From a virus: a stretch of 64,000 nt of DNA. The translations under genes were made by a program, and so were the position numbers. The notes beneath the pieces are model-generated. The model saw only the letters and a list, made by a program, of their open reading frames with translations, did no database searches and was not told where the DNA came from. The stretch lies in IMG/VR virus record IMGVR_UViG_3300042691_019356, positions 7,318-71,317 of that record; one strand, 5' to 3'. Below are positions 15,247 to 24,047 of this stretch, in pieces (the stretch's first letter is position 1; every line of letters begins with the position of its first letter).

Positions 15247-15808
15247 TAAACGATTTTACAACAGCAAGAATAGTTGCGCGAAGATCCTCAAGGCTTCCGT
15301 CATTTGCGATCTCGACATCAAACATGACATCTTCAAGACCGCCTTCGCTTTCATGATCACAATCTGCCGTTTTCTTTGCTGATTTTCTTGTGACTCGCCA
15401 AAGCTGACCACCAATTGATCGAATTAGCTCAGCCTCATTTGCGATCCTTACATCATCGACAATCACGCAAAATGTCTTACCAAATTCAGTGTACTCACGC
15501 TTCCATGCCTTCAGCCAAATATCTCTATCAATCATGTTTCTCGCAAAATCTGTTCCCATCTTTTGCATAATACCTCTTCCTGTAACGCCTTTGGCCATGC
15601 CAGGAATTTGAACATTTTTCCTTGTATAGAAGTATTGCTTAGCCGACGACTCGTTCATTCCTGTAACGGCACAGACAAACTTGACGCAAACCTCTTTCAG
15701 CGGCTTTGCGAATGGATGAATAATATAGCCGTGCTCACAAAGAATTTTTGCGGTCTCTGATTTACCGGATTGCGGAACAGGCGAATAGAGACCAATCAGT
15801 TGAACCAT
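15236..15808 (-). CDS. P-loop deoxynucleoside monophosphate kinase-like protein
   Basis: N-terminal P-loop GLYSPVPQSGKSE. The size and layout resemble phage dNMP kinases. Confidence 0.5.
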   Translation of the reverse strand: MVQLIGLYSPVPQSGKSETAKILCEHGYIIHPFAKPLKEVCVKFVCAVTGMNESSAKQYFYTRKNVQIPGMAKGVTGRGIMQKMGTDFARNMIDRDIWLKAWKREYTEFGKTFCVIVDDVRIANEAELIRSIGGQLWRVTRKSAKKTADCDHESEGGLEDVMFDVEIANDGSLEDLRATILAVVKSFNDK

Positions 15809-15912
15809 GGTTTGTGAAAGGGGGCCGGGGCTTACAGACTAGAACCTTAGCATTGCCTGAAGGGTCCACATGCTGACCTGGAACCACAATGCTCCGCTAA
15901 CAGACCCCAAGC

Positions 15913-15967
15913 TTGCATTGAATTGCAACAGCGCACCGCACGGCCCGAGCAGTGGTATTCAATGCAA
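15913..15967. repeat. 10-bp inverted repeat TTGCATTGAA ... TTCAATGCAA (35-nt spacer)
   Basis: Read directly at 15913-15922 and 15958-15967, inside the 185-bp ssb to dNMP-kinase gap. Confidence 0.7.
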
Positions 15968-15993
15968 AGGGAGGAACAGTCATGCCCGGTTAA

Positions 15994-16362
15994 TCAAAAG
16001 GGAACTTCCTCTTCCTCGGATTGGCTGGATCTACGGCTGCCAGGAGATGAAGTACCACCACCAGCGGAAGGCTTGGCAGGAATCGAGAACTCTGCACAAT
16101 CCATGTAGATTTGGCAGTAGTCGGTTCCGTCCTTGCGCTGCTTACTCATGATTGCGCTAACGGCACCAGAGATTGTGACCTGATCTCCATCATGAATGTA
16201 GTTGCACACTACATCAATCTTTTTGCCGTAGACCTTCGCATTGGCGTAATGAGTCTGTTTGCCATTGGAAGTTTTCCAACGAAGGGAAATTTCGGTGTAA
16301 CGACCGTAATCGCCCTCTTTTGCGACGGGATCGCCGCTGACGTAACCAGTGACCGTGAGCAT
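15994..16362 (-). CDS. ssb: single-stranded DNA-binding protein
   Basis: OB-fold-sized N-terminus, Gly/Ser linker and an acidic tip EEEEVPF that resembles the canonical DDDIPF tail. Confidence 0.8.
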   Translation of the reverse strand: MLTVTGYVSGDPVAKEGDYGRYTEISLRWKTSNGKQTHYANAKVYGKKIDVVCNYIHDGDQVTISGAVSAIMSKQRKDGTDYCQIYMDCAEFSIPAKPSAGGGTSSPGSRRSSQSEEEEVPF

Positions 16363-17177
16363 CAGAGTTTAATAGGGAACCTGGATTCTACAAGATATTG
16401 GAAGACCTTGTAGCGTTGGACAAAGGCATTGGCTGCCTTTTTGAGTTCAGCCCTGTTCAGGACATGAACATGCGGCTCTCTCCAATCGTAGCAGATGCAG
16501 ATGACCCCCTGAGTAATGGGAGTCATAAAAGGATTCTGCTTTGCAAGAATGTTGTGAGCCAGGGCATAAGCGCCAATCTGGACAAAAGCCTCAGCGTAGT
16601 AACGCATTGACTTTTCTTTTTTCTGTACTCCCTCCTCTTTATGAGAGCGTACAGACTTCCAGTCCCAAATGGTGTAATGACTATCCCACCAAAGTCTTAC
16701 ATCCGGTGTTCCGGCCCAACCATGAGGACAGAAGATTGGCTTTTCGATTAGCAGCATGTTGTCAAGGTTGCTGCATTGCTGGGATCCTGTTTCCATGCAA
16801 TCCCCGCCAACAGCAAGCTCGTCAGCACTGCAAAGAGATGAACAAGGATTTTGCTTCTTCATCTCCAGCAGCAGCGGCTGAAGATATGTCATATAACCAT
16901 GGATGTTATACGACATCATCTCTTCGTAGGATGGCCTGTCCTTTACGTGGACTCGATTTGCGCCAGTAAGAGCAAGCTCGACCTCAGCGTGAATAAAGGT
17001 TCCACGCTGTTGACCACGTTCAAGAATCTCAACAGCATCTGGTTCATTGTTTTGCCACCATTCAAGGCTGCTGACCTTTGATGGATTGAACAATGGCAGA
17101 GTCCTGCCAAGAACATTACTTACCGCAATGTAGCCGATGCCATCCTTTCTATAGATGCCATCATCTGGGTGCGACAT
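16362..17177 (-). CDS. PD-(D/E)XK family exonuclease (RecB/Cas4-like)
   Basis: GTPDV...IWDWKS forms a D..(D/E)xK core, with QIGAYAL downstream. It sits between erf and ssb. Confidence 0.6.
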   Translation of the reverse strand: MSHPDDGIYRKDGIGYIAVSNVLGRTLPLFNPSKVSSLEWWQNNEPDAVEILERGQQRGTFIHAEVELALTGANRVHVKDRPSYEEMMSYNIHGYMTYLQPLLLEMKKQNPCSSLCSADELAVGGDCMETGSQQCSNLDNMLLIEKPIFCPHGWAGTPDVRLWWDSHYTIWDWKSVRSHKEEGVQKKEKSMRYYAEAFVQIGAYALAHNILAKQNPFMTPITQGVICICYDWREPHVHVLNRAELKKAANAFVQRYKVFQYLVESRFPIKL

Positions 17178-18076
17178 CAGAACAGCTCGTCAGCTTCCTT
17201 CTCAAGCTCGTCAAGCGAAGGCGCATCATTGTCTTCATCCGGAAGATCAATAACTTGCTCACCCTTGCTGTTCTTGCCGACGTTCAGGAGCTTGGCATAG
17301 TCAGGCGTCATCATCTTTAGCACCTTTGCACGAAGCTTTTCGGGGATCTCGGCAATTTCAGCAACCTTGACAACGGCAAGCAATGTCTTAATGCCGATCG
17401 AATTCAGACCAGCTGCAGACATCGCTTCATACATTTCACTGACGAACGAATTGGTGTCATCGTCGCTGACAGTGGGCTGCTCCTGGGTGGCTGGCTCGGA
17501 AGCCTGCTGGGCGGGCTGCTGCTTGACCGGAGCGGCCTGCGCGGGGGCCTGCTTGGCATTGCGGGGCTGCCGGCCCTTGGCCTGGCCTTCGCTGCCCATG
17601 ATGGCGTCCAGGGCATCGTGCTCGACGATCTCCATTGCCGTCACCCACAGGTAGCGGCGCAGGTACGTTTGCACGGCGCCAAGATTCTGAATGTCGTGCG
17701 CTCCCTTCAGGCTTGCAGTTGCCATAGGGGATGTGATTTCCAGAATCCCACCACCCTCGGTATCAACAATGGTAAGAGTTGCGTAATCAGGCGTAAATGC
17801 AATGTAACCGCAAAGCCCAAGATTCAGAAAAATTTCCTGGACGGAGGGGAGAAAGTCACCAAGCTCAAAGTAGTGGTAGCCGGCAAACTTGTTGTGTCCA
17901 GACTTGGAAAGCTTTTTGCCCTGCAGCGCAACACGCGCCTGCATGAGCTTGTAATAAACGGCGCAGCCGGTGTCGGTTGCATGGGTTTGTTCGGTCATTG
18001 GTTCGGTGGTCATTGGTGGCTCGTTAGGTGTCAGCCAGTTTTTATGGTAGCAGGAGTGGGCGCGGCTGTCAAACAT
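17177..18076 (-). CDS. erf: ERF-family single-strand annealing protein
   Basis: SGHNKFAGYHYFELGDF...GL and QNLGAVQTYLRRYL match ERF hallmarks. Recombination-module synteny supports the call. Confidence 0.65.
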   Translation of the reverse strand: MFDSRAHSCYHKNWLTPNEPPMTTEPMTEQTHATDTGCAVYYKLMQARVALQGKKLSKSGHNKFAGYHYFELGDFLPSVQEIFLNLGLCGYIAFTPDYATLTIVDTEGGGILEITSPMATASLKGAHDIQNLGAVQTYLRRYLWVTAMEIVEHDALDAIMGSEGQAKGRQPRNAKQAPAQAAPVKQQPAQQASEPATQEQPTVSDDDTNSFVSEMYEAMSAAGLNSIGIKTLLAVVKVAEIAEIPEKLRAKVLKMMTPDYAKLLNVGKNSKGEQVIDLPDEDNDAPSLDELEKEADELF

Positions 18077-18425
18077 CCCTCTCTTCCATTTCCCGGTGCA
18101 AGGCTTTCAGTAGCTGCTCGGTGCCAACACCGGTCGGAATTCGCAGCATTCGCCTGAAGTCATCGACTGTTGCATAGCGGGTGTCACCAGTCAGTGTGAT
18201 AACCGCTTTGCCAGGCTCAACCTGAACATGCTTGACTCTGTAATTCTTGATAAGAGTGCCAAAAGCTGCATGAGCTGGAACTTGGAATTTTGTTTTCAAC
18301 CCATGAAATTGCTCAAGCCAGTGAACACGCTCACCAAGCAAAACTGCGACATCGCCGCAATCTGCCACAAGCATTCCGCGATGCGGATCCCTTCCAAAAA
18401 GGGTGTCTTCAGAAAACTCAGGCAT
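18069..18425 (-). CDS. hypothetical protein (118 aa)
   Basis: ORF in the train with 8-nt overlaps to its neighbours. Confidence 0.45.
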   Translation of the reverse strand: MPEFSEDTLFGRDPHRGMLVADCGDVAVLLGERVHWLEQFHGLKTKFQVPAHAAFGTLIKNYRVKHVQVEPGKAVITLTGDTRYATVDDFRRMLRIPTGVGTEQLLKALHREMEERDV

Positions 18426-18771
18426 CTCGGCTCTCCATGTTTTCGTAGATTTTTTTCATTAGAGCTTGGTTTGAGGTGTCAATGCCTCCCAGCAAGAGTG
18501 ATTCGATTTGAGATTTACGCCCTGGTGAAGAAGAATCTGCGTACCTGTCAATTACTGGATCAAAAATACGCAAGTGCAGCTCTAGTTCTGTAACCTCTCG
18601 TTCACAGAAATATCTACGATAGCCACCGGGAATAGAAAAATCTTGATAAGGAGTTTCGACGCTGATAGTGCTTGAAACAATCATAAAATTGCCACTAAAC
18701 ACCATGCAACCGTCGTCCAATATAAACTTTTCTCCATTTGCGTAAAGCTTTTTGTCATAGTAGTCTGCCAT
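18418..18771 (-). CDS. hypothetical protein (117 aa)
   Basis: First ORF after the terminator at 18784..18813. Confidence 0.45.
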   Translation of the reverse strand: MADYYDKKLYANGEKFILDDGCMVFSGNFMIVSSTISVETPYQDFSIPGGYRRYFCEREVTELELHLRIFDPVIDRYADSSSPGRKSQIESLLLGGIDTSNQALMKKIYENMESRDA

Positions 18772-18783
18772 GGTTTTTCACTA

Positions 18784-18813
18784 GAGAAAAATAAAAGCCC
18801 GGAAAGCCGGGCT
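18784..18813 (-). terminator. intrinsic terminator
   Basis: The minus strand reads AGCCCGG-CTTT-CCGGGCT followed by TTTTATTTTTCTC. Confidence 0.65.
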
Positions 18814-18827
18814 AGTTGAATCAGTTA

Positions 18828-19139
18828 TCAGAACAGAGCAATCTCGTTCGGATCCTTTTCCAGCAGTTTTTGCAGGTCTGCTTTTGCCTTGGCCAGCAAC
18901 TTTTCCAGTCGCTTGATCTCAAGAACACGCTCCTTGATAACAGCTTTTGCTGCATCGCGGCTGCCAGTGTTCACCTCGTCCAGAACTTCTTCAAACAGGC
19001 TCCGAGTCGAGTCCGTTGCAAGAACTTCCGTCGTAGTGGAAGGAAGCGGCGAAAGGCCGCACTGCTCGTTGGTGGTCTCTTCAGTCATTGGGTGGTTGCC
19101 CAAGTGGCGTACGTCATCTGTTCTAGCATGGCCGAACAC
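18828..19139 (-). CDS. hypothetical coiled-coil protein
   Basis: ORF ending just before the terminator. The start is 19139 or 19088. Confidence 0.45.
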   Translation of the reverse strand: MFGHARTDDVRHLGNHPMTEETTNEQCGLSPLPSTTTEVLATDSTRSLFEEVLDEVNTGSRDAAKAVIKERVLEIKRLEKLLAKAKADLQKLLEKDPNEIALF

Positions 19140-19151
19140 CGACCGTCAAGC

Positions 19152-19454
19152 ATGGCAACCATCGCAAGCACCAATCTTAATAGGCTTCTAAGACTGACGG
19201 CAAACCTGCTTTTCGAGAAAAAAGAAGATCCAAAAAACGTCGCAAGATTGATGGAAGGATTCGTAACAAACGCCATGATCAATACATGGTACGAGCAATA
19301 CTGCAAGACAAACGGTATCAGCACAGATACAAACCTCACATCACATAAACGCAGATTGCCAATGCCGCCGATCGACTGGCAAGCAGTTGACGTGAAAACA
19401 ATTGACCAGATGCTTAACAGCGAACCAGATAACGATGACGAACCGGACTGGTAG
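19152..19454 (+). CDS. hypothetical protein (about 100 aa) on the plus strand
   Basis: This is the distal part of ORF 18816..19454, which is not antisense to a better gene. Acidic C-terminus. Confidence 0.35.
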   Translation: MATIASTNLNRLLRLTANLLFEKKEDPKNVARLMEGFVTNAMINTWYEQYCKTNGISTDTNLTSHKRRLPMPPIDWQAVDVKTIDQMLNSEPDNDDEPDW

Positions 19455-19532
19455 TTGCGGGCGCCAGGCCAAGCCGCTACCCTGAGAGTCCGGCGGGCGC
19501 CGGTAGTAAAGAATTCTCAGCACTTTTCGGCA

Positions 19533-19724
19533 ATGAACAAAGCAATCGGGGCAGAAGCTGAATCAGGTTTCAACGGAAAAATGCCAGACGTGATTCATGC
19601 CCTGCTTGCCGATATTGCCGAGATTCGCAACATCATCCTGCTCAATGCCCCTAGCTGCCTGCCGCAGGTAGCTCCGGCACTGATTGACGCCGAAGATCAG
19701 GTCAAGATCCTTTGGCAGAACTAG
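19533..19724 (+). CDS. hypothetical protein (63 aa)
   Basis: Internal ATG of ORF 19455..19724, following a GC-rich palindrome. Confidence 0.3.
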   Translation: MNKAIGAEAESGFNGKMPDVIHALLADIAEIRNIILLNAPSCLPQVAPALIDAEDQVKILWQN

Positions 19725-19926
19725 ACTTTCTGCTGTTCCGAGACTTGTTGCGGTAGCTGACTTTTTCCTTGTTGATTTCCTGCATCAGAGCCCTGAGTCG
19801 ATCCGCTTCGTACTCCCCCCTGCGCTCTGCAATTTCAGCAAGAGTTTCTTTGTAGCCAGGTGGCTCAAGGTCTGGGCGACGAAGGAATATCTGAGTCCAG
19901 TTTGGTGTTGGGTGTTGATCCGACAT
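19702..19926 (-). CDS. hypothetical protein (74 aa)
   Basis: Its start abuts the dnaB stop. Confidence 0.45.
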   Translation of the reverse strand: MSDQHPTPNWTQIFLRRPDLEPPGYKETLAEIAERRGEYEADRLRALMQEINKEKVSYRNKSRNSRKSSSAKGS

Positions 19927-21374
19927 CAGAGGCGATCAAATACAACAGATGACGCAAGATCAATCTTGCATTGAAGTGTTCCAGTGATGCCACCTCGATT
20001 TTTGGCAACCGAAATCGCAAGCTCGTAGGGATCGGCCTCAGTGTCGTAATAACCAGGACGAAACAGAAACATCACAATATCTGCATCTTCCTCAATCCGA
20101 CCAGATGCACGTAGGTCTGACAACGTTGGCATCTTGTCGTTTCGCTGCTCAACACCACGATTGACCTGACTCATTAAGATAATATCAATTCCAAGTTCAA
20201 CAGCAAGACGCTTCAATGTTTTTGTGGCAACACCAATTGCAGTTGCGTCATTTGCTGTTCCAGTGCATCCATCTATCAACTGCAAATAGTCAATGAAAAT
20301 ACCACGAAGGTTGGGGCGCGTTCTTGCAAGCATTCTCACAGTTGCAGCAACGGAAGCAACATCCTGGCTTTTATCAAAAACATCAAAAGCCTTAACAAAG
20401 GAAGAAGTATTAAGCTCTTTGATTCTCTGCCTTTGTGCTGGGCTGTAACTACGATTCTGTAAATTGCCCATCCTGATTGGATCAACAATTCTACCAGCTT
20501 CTTTCATTCGCAAGAAATCAAGACAGGAAACTGCCTTATATTCGATCTGACGCCTTGGCATTTCAAGACTGAAAAAAGCAACGTTGTTGCCAGTATTAGC
20601 CAGGTGTGTTGCAAGTGTTACGGCAGCCGTTGTCTTGCCCATTGCTGGCCGTGCAGCAATTACAATCAATCGACCACCGTAAGCTGAATCGGGTCCGGCA
20701 ATACCACCTTGAATAGTATTATCAAGAATTGTAATACCAGTGCTGACAGTATTGTTCTCTGGCAGTGGTTGAAGCAACTCTGTAATTGTGCTATCCCATC
20801 CCTTATCTCCCTGTTCATCTTCTGATAGTGAATTCCATATAGTTTGCTGTCTTTCAATCAGAGACGGAATCTTTTCTGCAAGTAGCTCATGGCTTGGGCT
20901 TTCATCAAGTGCGTCAACAAGAAGTTCAGCCGAATTGCGAAGGTAGCGCCTTGCAAGCTTGAGACGCCAAAGCGGAATAACAGAATCAGAGAGAACAGAG
21001 AAAGAATATACACCAGCAAATAACGGACTTGCTGATCTTGCGTTTTCCACGATCTGTTCGCCACTTTCTTCAGACTTGAGTATTCCGCTCATAATCATTG
21101 CATTCAATCTCAATGCAATGGATCCGGGCATAATAAATCCATCTTTGCCAACCTCTAACATTGCCTTGCTAATTGCAATATACGCGGCACGCATCTTTCT
21201 ATCGCTAAACCAAGAATCATTAACAGAGGAGACAACTTCGTACATCTTGCTGGATCTGTAGTCACCAGACTCAATCGCATCAACACAAAAAGCAACAAAT
21301 GCTTCTTCCATTTCAGTTGTATCCCATGACCGCATGAAAGGGATCAGGGATTCAGCCTTCTCGATCTTCTTCAT
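19926..21374 (-). CDS. dnaB: DnaB-type replicative helicase
   Basis: Walker A AARPAMGKTT and Walker B IFIDYLQL. The 482-aa length and overall DnaB C-terminal RecA-fold pattern fit. Confidence 0.9.
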   Translation of the reverse strand: MKKIEKAESLIPFMRSWDTTEMEEAFVAFCVDAIESGDYRSSKMYEVVSSVNDSWFSDRKMRAAYIAISKAMLEVGKDGFIMPGSIALRLNAMIMSGILKSEESGEQIVENARSASPLFAGVYSFSVLSDSVIPLWRLKLARRYLRNSAELLVDALDESPSHELLAEKIPSLIERQQTIWNSLSEDEQGDKGWDSTITELLQPLPENNTVSTGITILDNTIQGGIAGPDSAYGGRLIVIAARPAMGKTTAAVTLATHLANTGNNVAFFSLEMPRRQIEYKAVSCLDFLRMKEAGRIVDPIRMGNLQNRSYSPAQRQRIKELNTSSFVKAFDVFDKSQDVASVAATVRMLARTRPNLRGIFIDYLQLIDGCTGTANDATAIGVATKTLKRLAVELGIDIILMSQVNRGVEQRNDKMPTLSDLRASGRIEEDADIVMFLFRPGYYDTEADPYELAISVAKNRGGITGTLQCKIDLASSVVFDRL

Positions 21375-22180
21375 GAAAGTGTGTAGTTGACTTTGTTTGT
21401 AGTTGGATTTGCAGGAACTTGCTTACCGCATTCCTTCGTGATCTTGCAAATAACGTCCTTGTATCCTATAAAGCCAAGTGACTGCCAGTTTCTCTCGGAA
21501 GCGTACTCACAGTATTCTGCAAGGACTCCAAGCTGCTTTGCATACAACAAGCCATTCAGCGTGGATTTTGTAAGTCCTGGTGCAACGCGAGGATGTGCCT
21601 TGCGGCGGTTGGCCTGCCACTGCTCCAGGTGCTCCCGGTAGGGCTCCAGCCAGTCGGGCAGCTCCAGCGATCGAGGGCTGGCCGCTGAGCGTCGAGGGGT
21701 CGGCGGTTGGGGGCTATGGGGGTTTTCTTGGTTTATTGGTTTTCTTTCTATTGGTTTTCTCTGGTGGACTGAAAATCCGTCCGCTGGTTTTCCGTCCGCC
21801 GGTAGGCCGGTGGACTGATTTTCAGTCCACCGGTCATCGGCCACCGCTGGCGACGGCTGCTCGACCGGTTCTGGCGGAACTGCCTGGTCGGTGAACTTGT
21901 AAATTTCACCAGTAACACGACCATCCGCATTCCTGGTTTTCACGTTCTGCAGGTAGCCATATTCCCTAAGCTCGCGCAGCGCAACTTTTATGGCATCTCT
22001 CCCCTCGGTCCCATGAGAGATAATCCAGTCCCTTGTGAAAACAAAGTTCTCAGCGTGTGAAAGACATCCAGCGAGAATACCCTTTGCACGCCAGCTAATC
22101 CTGCTATCTCGTATAGCCTCATTAAGAATGATGGTAAAGTTTTTACCAGCAGGAGTCGATGTAAAACGCAAGTCGCTCAT
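21371..22180 (-). CDS. replication initiator-like protein (winged-helix N-domain)
   Basis: The N-terminal wH segment ends in ALRELREYGYL. It lies immediately upstream of dnaB with an ATGA junction. Its central linker carries DNA repeats. Confidence 0.6.
   Translation of the reverse strand: MSDLRFTSTPAGKNFTIILNEAIRDSRISWRAKGILAGCLSHAENFVFTRDWIISHGTEGRDAIKVALRELREYGYLQNVKTRNADGRVTGEIYKFTDQAVPPEPVEQPSPAVADDRWTENQSTGLPADGKPADGFSVHQRKPIERKPINQENPHSPQPPTPRRSAASPRSLELPDWLEPYREHLEQWQANRRKAHPRVAPGLTKSTLNGLLYAKQLGVLAEYCEYASERNWQSLGFIGYKDVICKITKECGKQVPANPTTNKVNYTLS
21735..21833. repeat. ori-like repeat cluster inside the initiator gene
   Basis: ATTGGTTTTCT occurs twice (21735, 21750). TCCGTCCGC occurs twice (21776, 21791). 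GGTGGACTGA occurs at 21763, and a 27-bp perfect palindrome CCGGTGGACTGA-TTT-TCAGTCCACCGG spans 21807-21833. Confidence 0.6.
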
Positions 22181-22356
22181 TTTCCACCATTGGCAAGGTC
22201 TGCAAAGACTTGAGCAGCGTTCTTTTCTTGTTCCTCAATTTCAAGTGCCTTGTAGATCAGGCCACGGATATGAGTTGAGAGTCCGAGGTACTTCGGCTTC
22301 TTCAACTTCAACTCGTTAATCAGTTCGTCTGGAAGTGAGACACAGATGCGTGCCAT
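22177..22356 (-). CDS. ribbon-helix-helix (CopG/Arc-like) protein
   Basis: MARICVSLPDELINELK fits an RHH N-terminal strand-helix. ATG 22356 lies downstream of the predicted transcription start. Confidence 0.5.
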   Translation of the reverse strand: MARICVSLPDELINELKLKKPKYLGLSTHIRGLIYKALEIEEQEKNAAQVFADLANGGK

Positions 22357-22385
22357 GTGCTGATTCGATGTGAGTGGACTCAAAA

Positions 22386-22414
22386 AGCATACACATCTGC
22401 AGCGCCCCCGTCAA
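22386..22414 (-). promoter_or_regulatory. sigma70-like promoter (TTGACG-N17-TATGCT, TG-extended)
   Basis: The minus strand reads TTGACG (22414..22409), the spacer GGGGCGCTGCAGATGTG, then TATGCT (22391..22386). It heads the replication operon. Confidence 0.5.
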
Positions 22415-22665
22415 GGCCCCTTCGCTAGCACCTCGGGTATCACCTCACCTGAAACCGGATTGAGGCACCTTCCTGGGGCGCCTGGGCGTCGATCCGGTGG
22501 CCTTGGTGACGAGTGATCCACCCCCGGCTACCTCGGACAGCCCAAAAACAGGTGGACAGCGATCGAACTGTCACAGATTTACTGTCAACGTTCCGTCGTG
22601 TGTCAGGTTTCAATGCACCCACAAGTAACAAGCAAGTGGCTGCTCGAAAACCAATCAAGAAATCC

Positions 22666-22887
22666 ATGAAACGACCCTTTGTTCCTGGTGACGAGGTTTA
22701 CGCAAGGTGGTTTGGCGATGACACGCTGACCATCGTTGATAAAGCCGATGTCGCAAGTCCCTTTCCGCACTACATCTGCAAGATCAATAGAGCAACGTGG
22801 ATCATTCCAAAAATTCACCTGTCAAGAAAGAAAATTGCCAGCGAGACTGGTGATGGCAATCGCCGCCAGCTCTCTGCTTTTAATTGA
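22666..22887 (+). CDS. hypothetical protein (73 aa)
   Basis: Internal ATG of ORF 22513..22887. First gene of the plus-strand operon. Confidence 0.4.
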   Translation: MKRPFVPGDEVYARWFGDDTLTIVDKADVASPFPHYICKINRATWIIPKIHLSRKKIASETGDGNRRQLSAFN

Positions 22888-23112
22888 ATGACACGCCGAC
22901 TTCCTGTAGCGCAGCTTGTGTTAGACCAGTTGCATGAAGCCAAGATCACCGGTAGAAAACCGGATCACTGGGAGATAGGAATTGAAAGACTGAAAGAGTT
23001 GTTTGCGTCGGGTCTTGTTGAAAGGCTTGATCCAAGTTCTTTTAAGATTGCCGACCTTCCTGTAAGAGTTAATGATGAAGATTCTGATCACTTTTCACTT
23101 CACACTAGCTGA
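22888..23112 (+). CDS. hypothetical protein (74 aa)
   Basis: Abuts the previous stop. Weak resemblance to the next ORF (G..P..W.I..E ... (L/I)PV). Confidence 0.45.
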   Translation: MTRRLPVAQLVLDQLHEAKITGRKPDHWEIGIERLKELFASGLVERLDPSSFKIADLPVRVNDEDSDHFSLHTS

Positions 23113-23121
23113 GGAATTGAA

Positions 23122-23373
23122 ATGCTTTCCTTAAACAGTGATGCCAAATTTATAGTTGATGAGTGCCGCGAATGGCTTTATTGGTTTGCACTCCTTGGCA
23201 TACAACCTGGCAAATGGACAATTTCTGAGGAGTTTGTCTGCATTCTAATCAGAGAAAATAAAATTCTCATAGATGAATTGGGTATTGTAGAGCCGCTTAG
23301 CTCTAGCATAACAACACTATATGGTATTCCGGTTGAAATTTGCCAGTCACCACTGACCATCAAACTTACCTAA
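23122..23373 (+). CDS. hypothetical protein (83 aa)
   Basis: Clean ORF in the plus-strand operon. Confidence 0.45.
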   Translation: MLSLNSDAKFIVDECREWLYWFALLGIQPGKWTISEEFVCILIRENKILIDELGIVEPLSSSITTLYGIPVEICQSPLTIKLT

Positions 23374-23382
23374 ACACTACCA

Positions 23383-23994
23383 ATGCTCAAGAACGACAAC
23401 TGGATCCGTCACCAGGCTTCAAATGGAATGATCGAGCCGTTTACTGGTTCGCTTGTTCGTGAACTTGTCTGGACTGACGAGCAGTCACAGTATTTTACAG
23501 AAAAGGTGTTGAGTTACGGAACAAGTAGCTATGGCTATGACCTACGGCTTTCACCAAAGGAGTTCCTGATTTTCAAGCACGTTCCAGGAACTGTCATGAA
23601 TCCCAAGCGGTTTAATCCAGCAGCAAATCTTGAGTCCGTTGAACTACAGGAAGATGAAGATGGTTTGTTTTTCATCCTTCCAGCGCATTCATACGGCTTG
23701 GGTGTTGCACTTGAGCGTCTTCGTGTCCCAAGGAACATTACTTGCATCTGTCTTGGTAAGAGCACTTATGCAAGAATGGGCATTATTGTCAACGCAACTC
23801 CAGCGGAAAGCGAATGGGAGGGGCATCTGACACTGGAATTCAGTAATTCAAGTGGTGCAGATTGCCGCCTTTATGCAAATGAGGGCATCTGTCAGATCCT
23901 GTTCTTTGAAGGCGAGGAGTGTTCGACCAGTTACCAAAATCGTTTCGGGAAATATCAAGGGCAGCCTGAGCGGGTTGTTCCGGCTCGGATTTAA
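23383..23994 (+). CDS. dcd: dCTP deaminase
   Basis: N-terminal ML.NDNWI, SYGYDLRLS and EWEGHLTLEFSN motifs are typical of Dcd/dUTPase-fold enzymes. Confidence 0.8.
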   Translation: MLKNDNWIRHQASNGMIEPFTGSLVRELVWTDEQSQYFTEKVLSYGTSSYGYDLRLSPKEFLIFKHVPGTVMNPKRFNPAANLESVELQEDEDGLFFILPAHSYGLGVALERLRVPRNITCICLGKSTYARMGIIVNATPAESEWEGHLTLEFSNSSGADCRLYANEGICQILFFEGEECSTSYQNRFGKYQGQPERVVPARI

Positions 23995-24047
23995 CGACAG
24001 CAGTCGCATCGAGTGTTACAACTAGCCGCGAACGAACAAACACAGCC

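Noticed and set aside
18816-19151. First 110 codons of the 212-aa plus-strand ORF 18816..19454
   Set aside because: It is antisense to the better-supported minus-strand gene 18828..19139, which ends at a clear terminator. Only the distal part was kept.
22440-22530. Possible second tRNA (GTCGATCC-like stretch) in the divergent intergenic region
   Set aside because: No acceptor, anticodon or T-stem pairing could be built around it.
22888-23373. Tandem paralogy of the 74-aa and 83-aa plus-strand ORFs
   Set aside because: Only a few shared positions (G..P..W.I..E and (L/I)PV) are visible by eye. That is too weak to claim without an alignment statistic.
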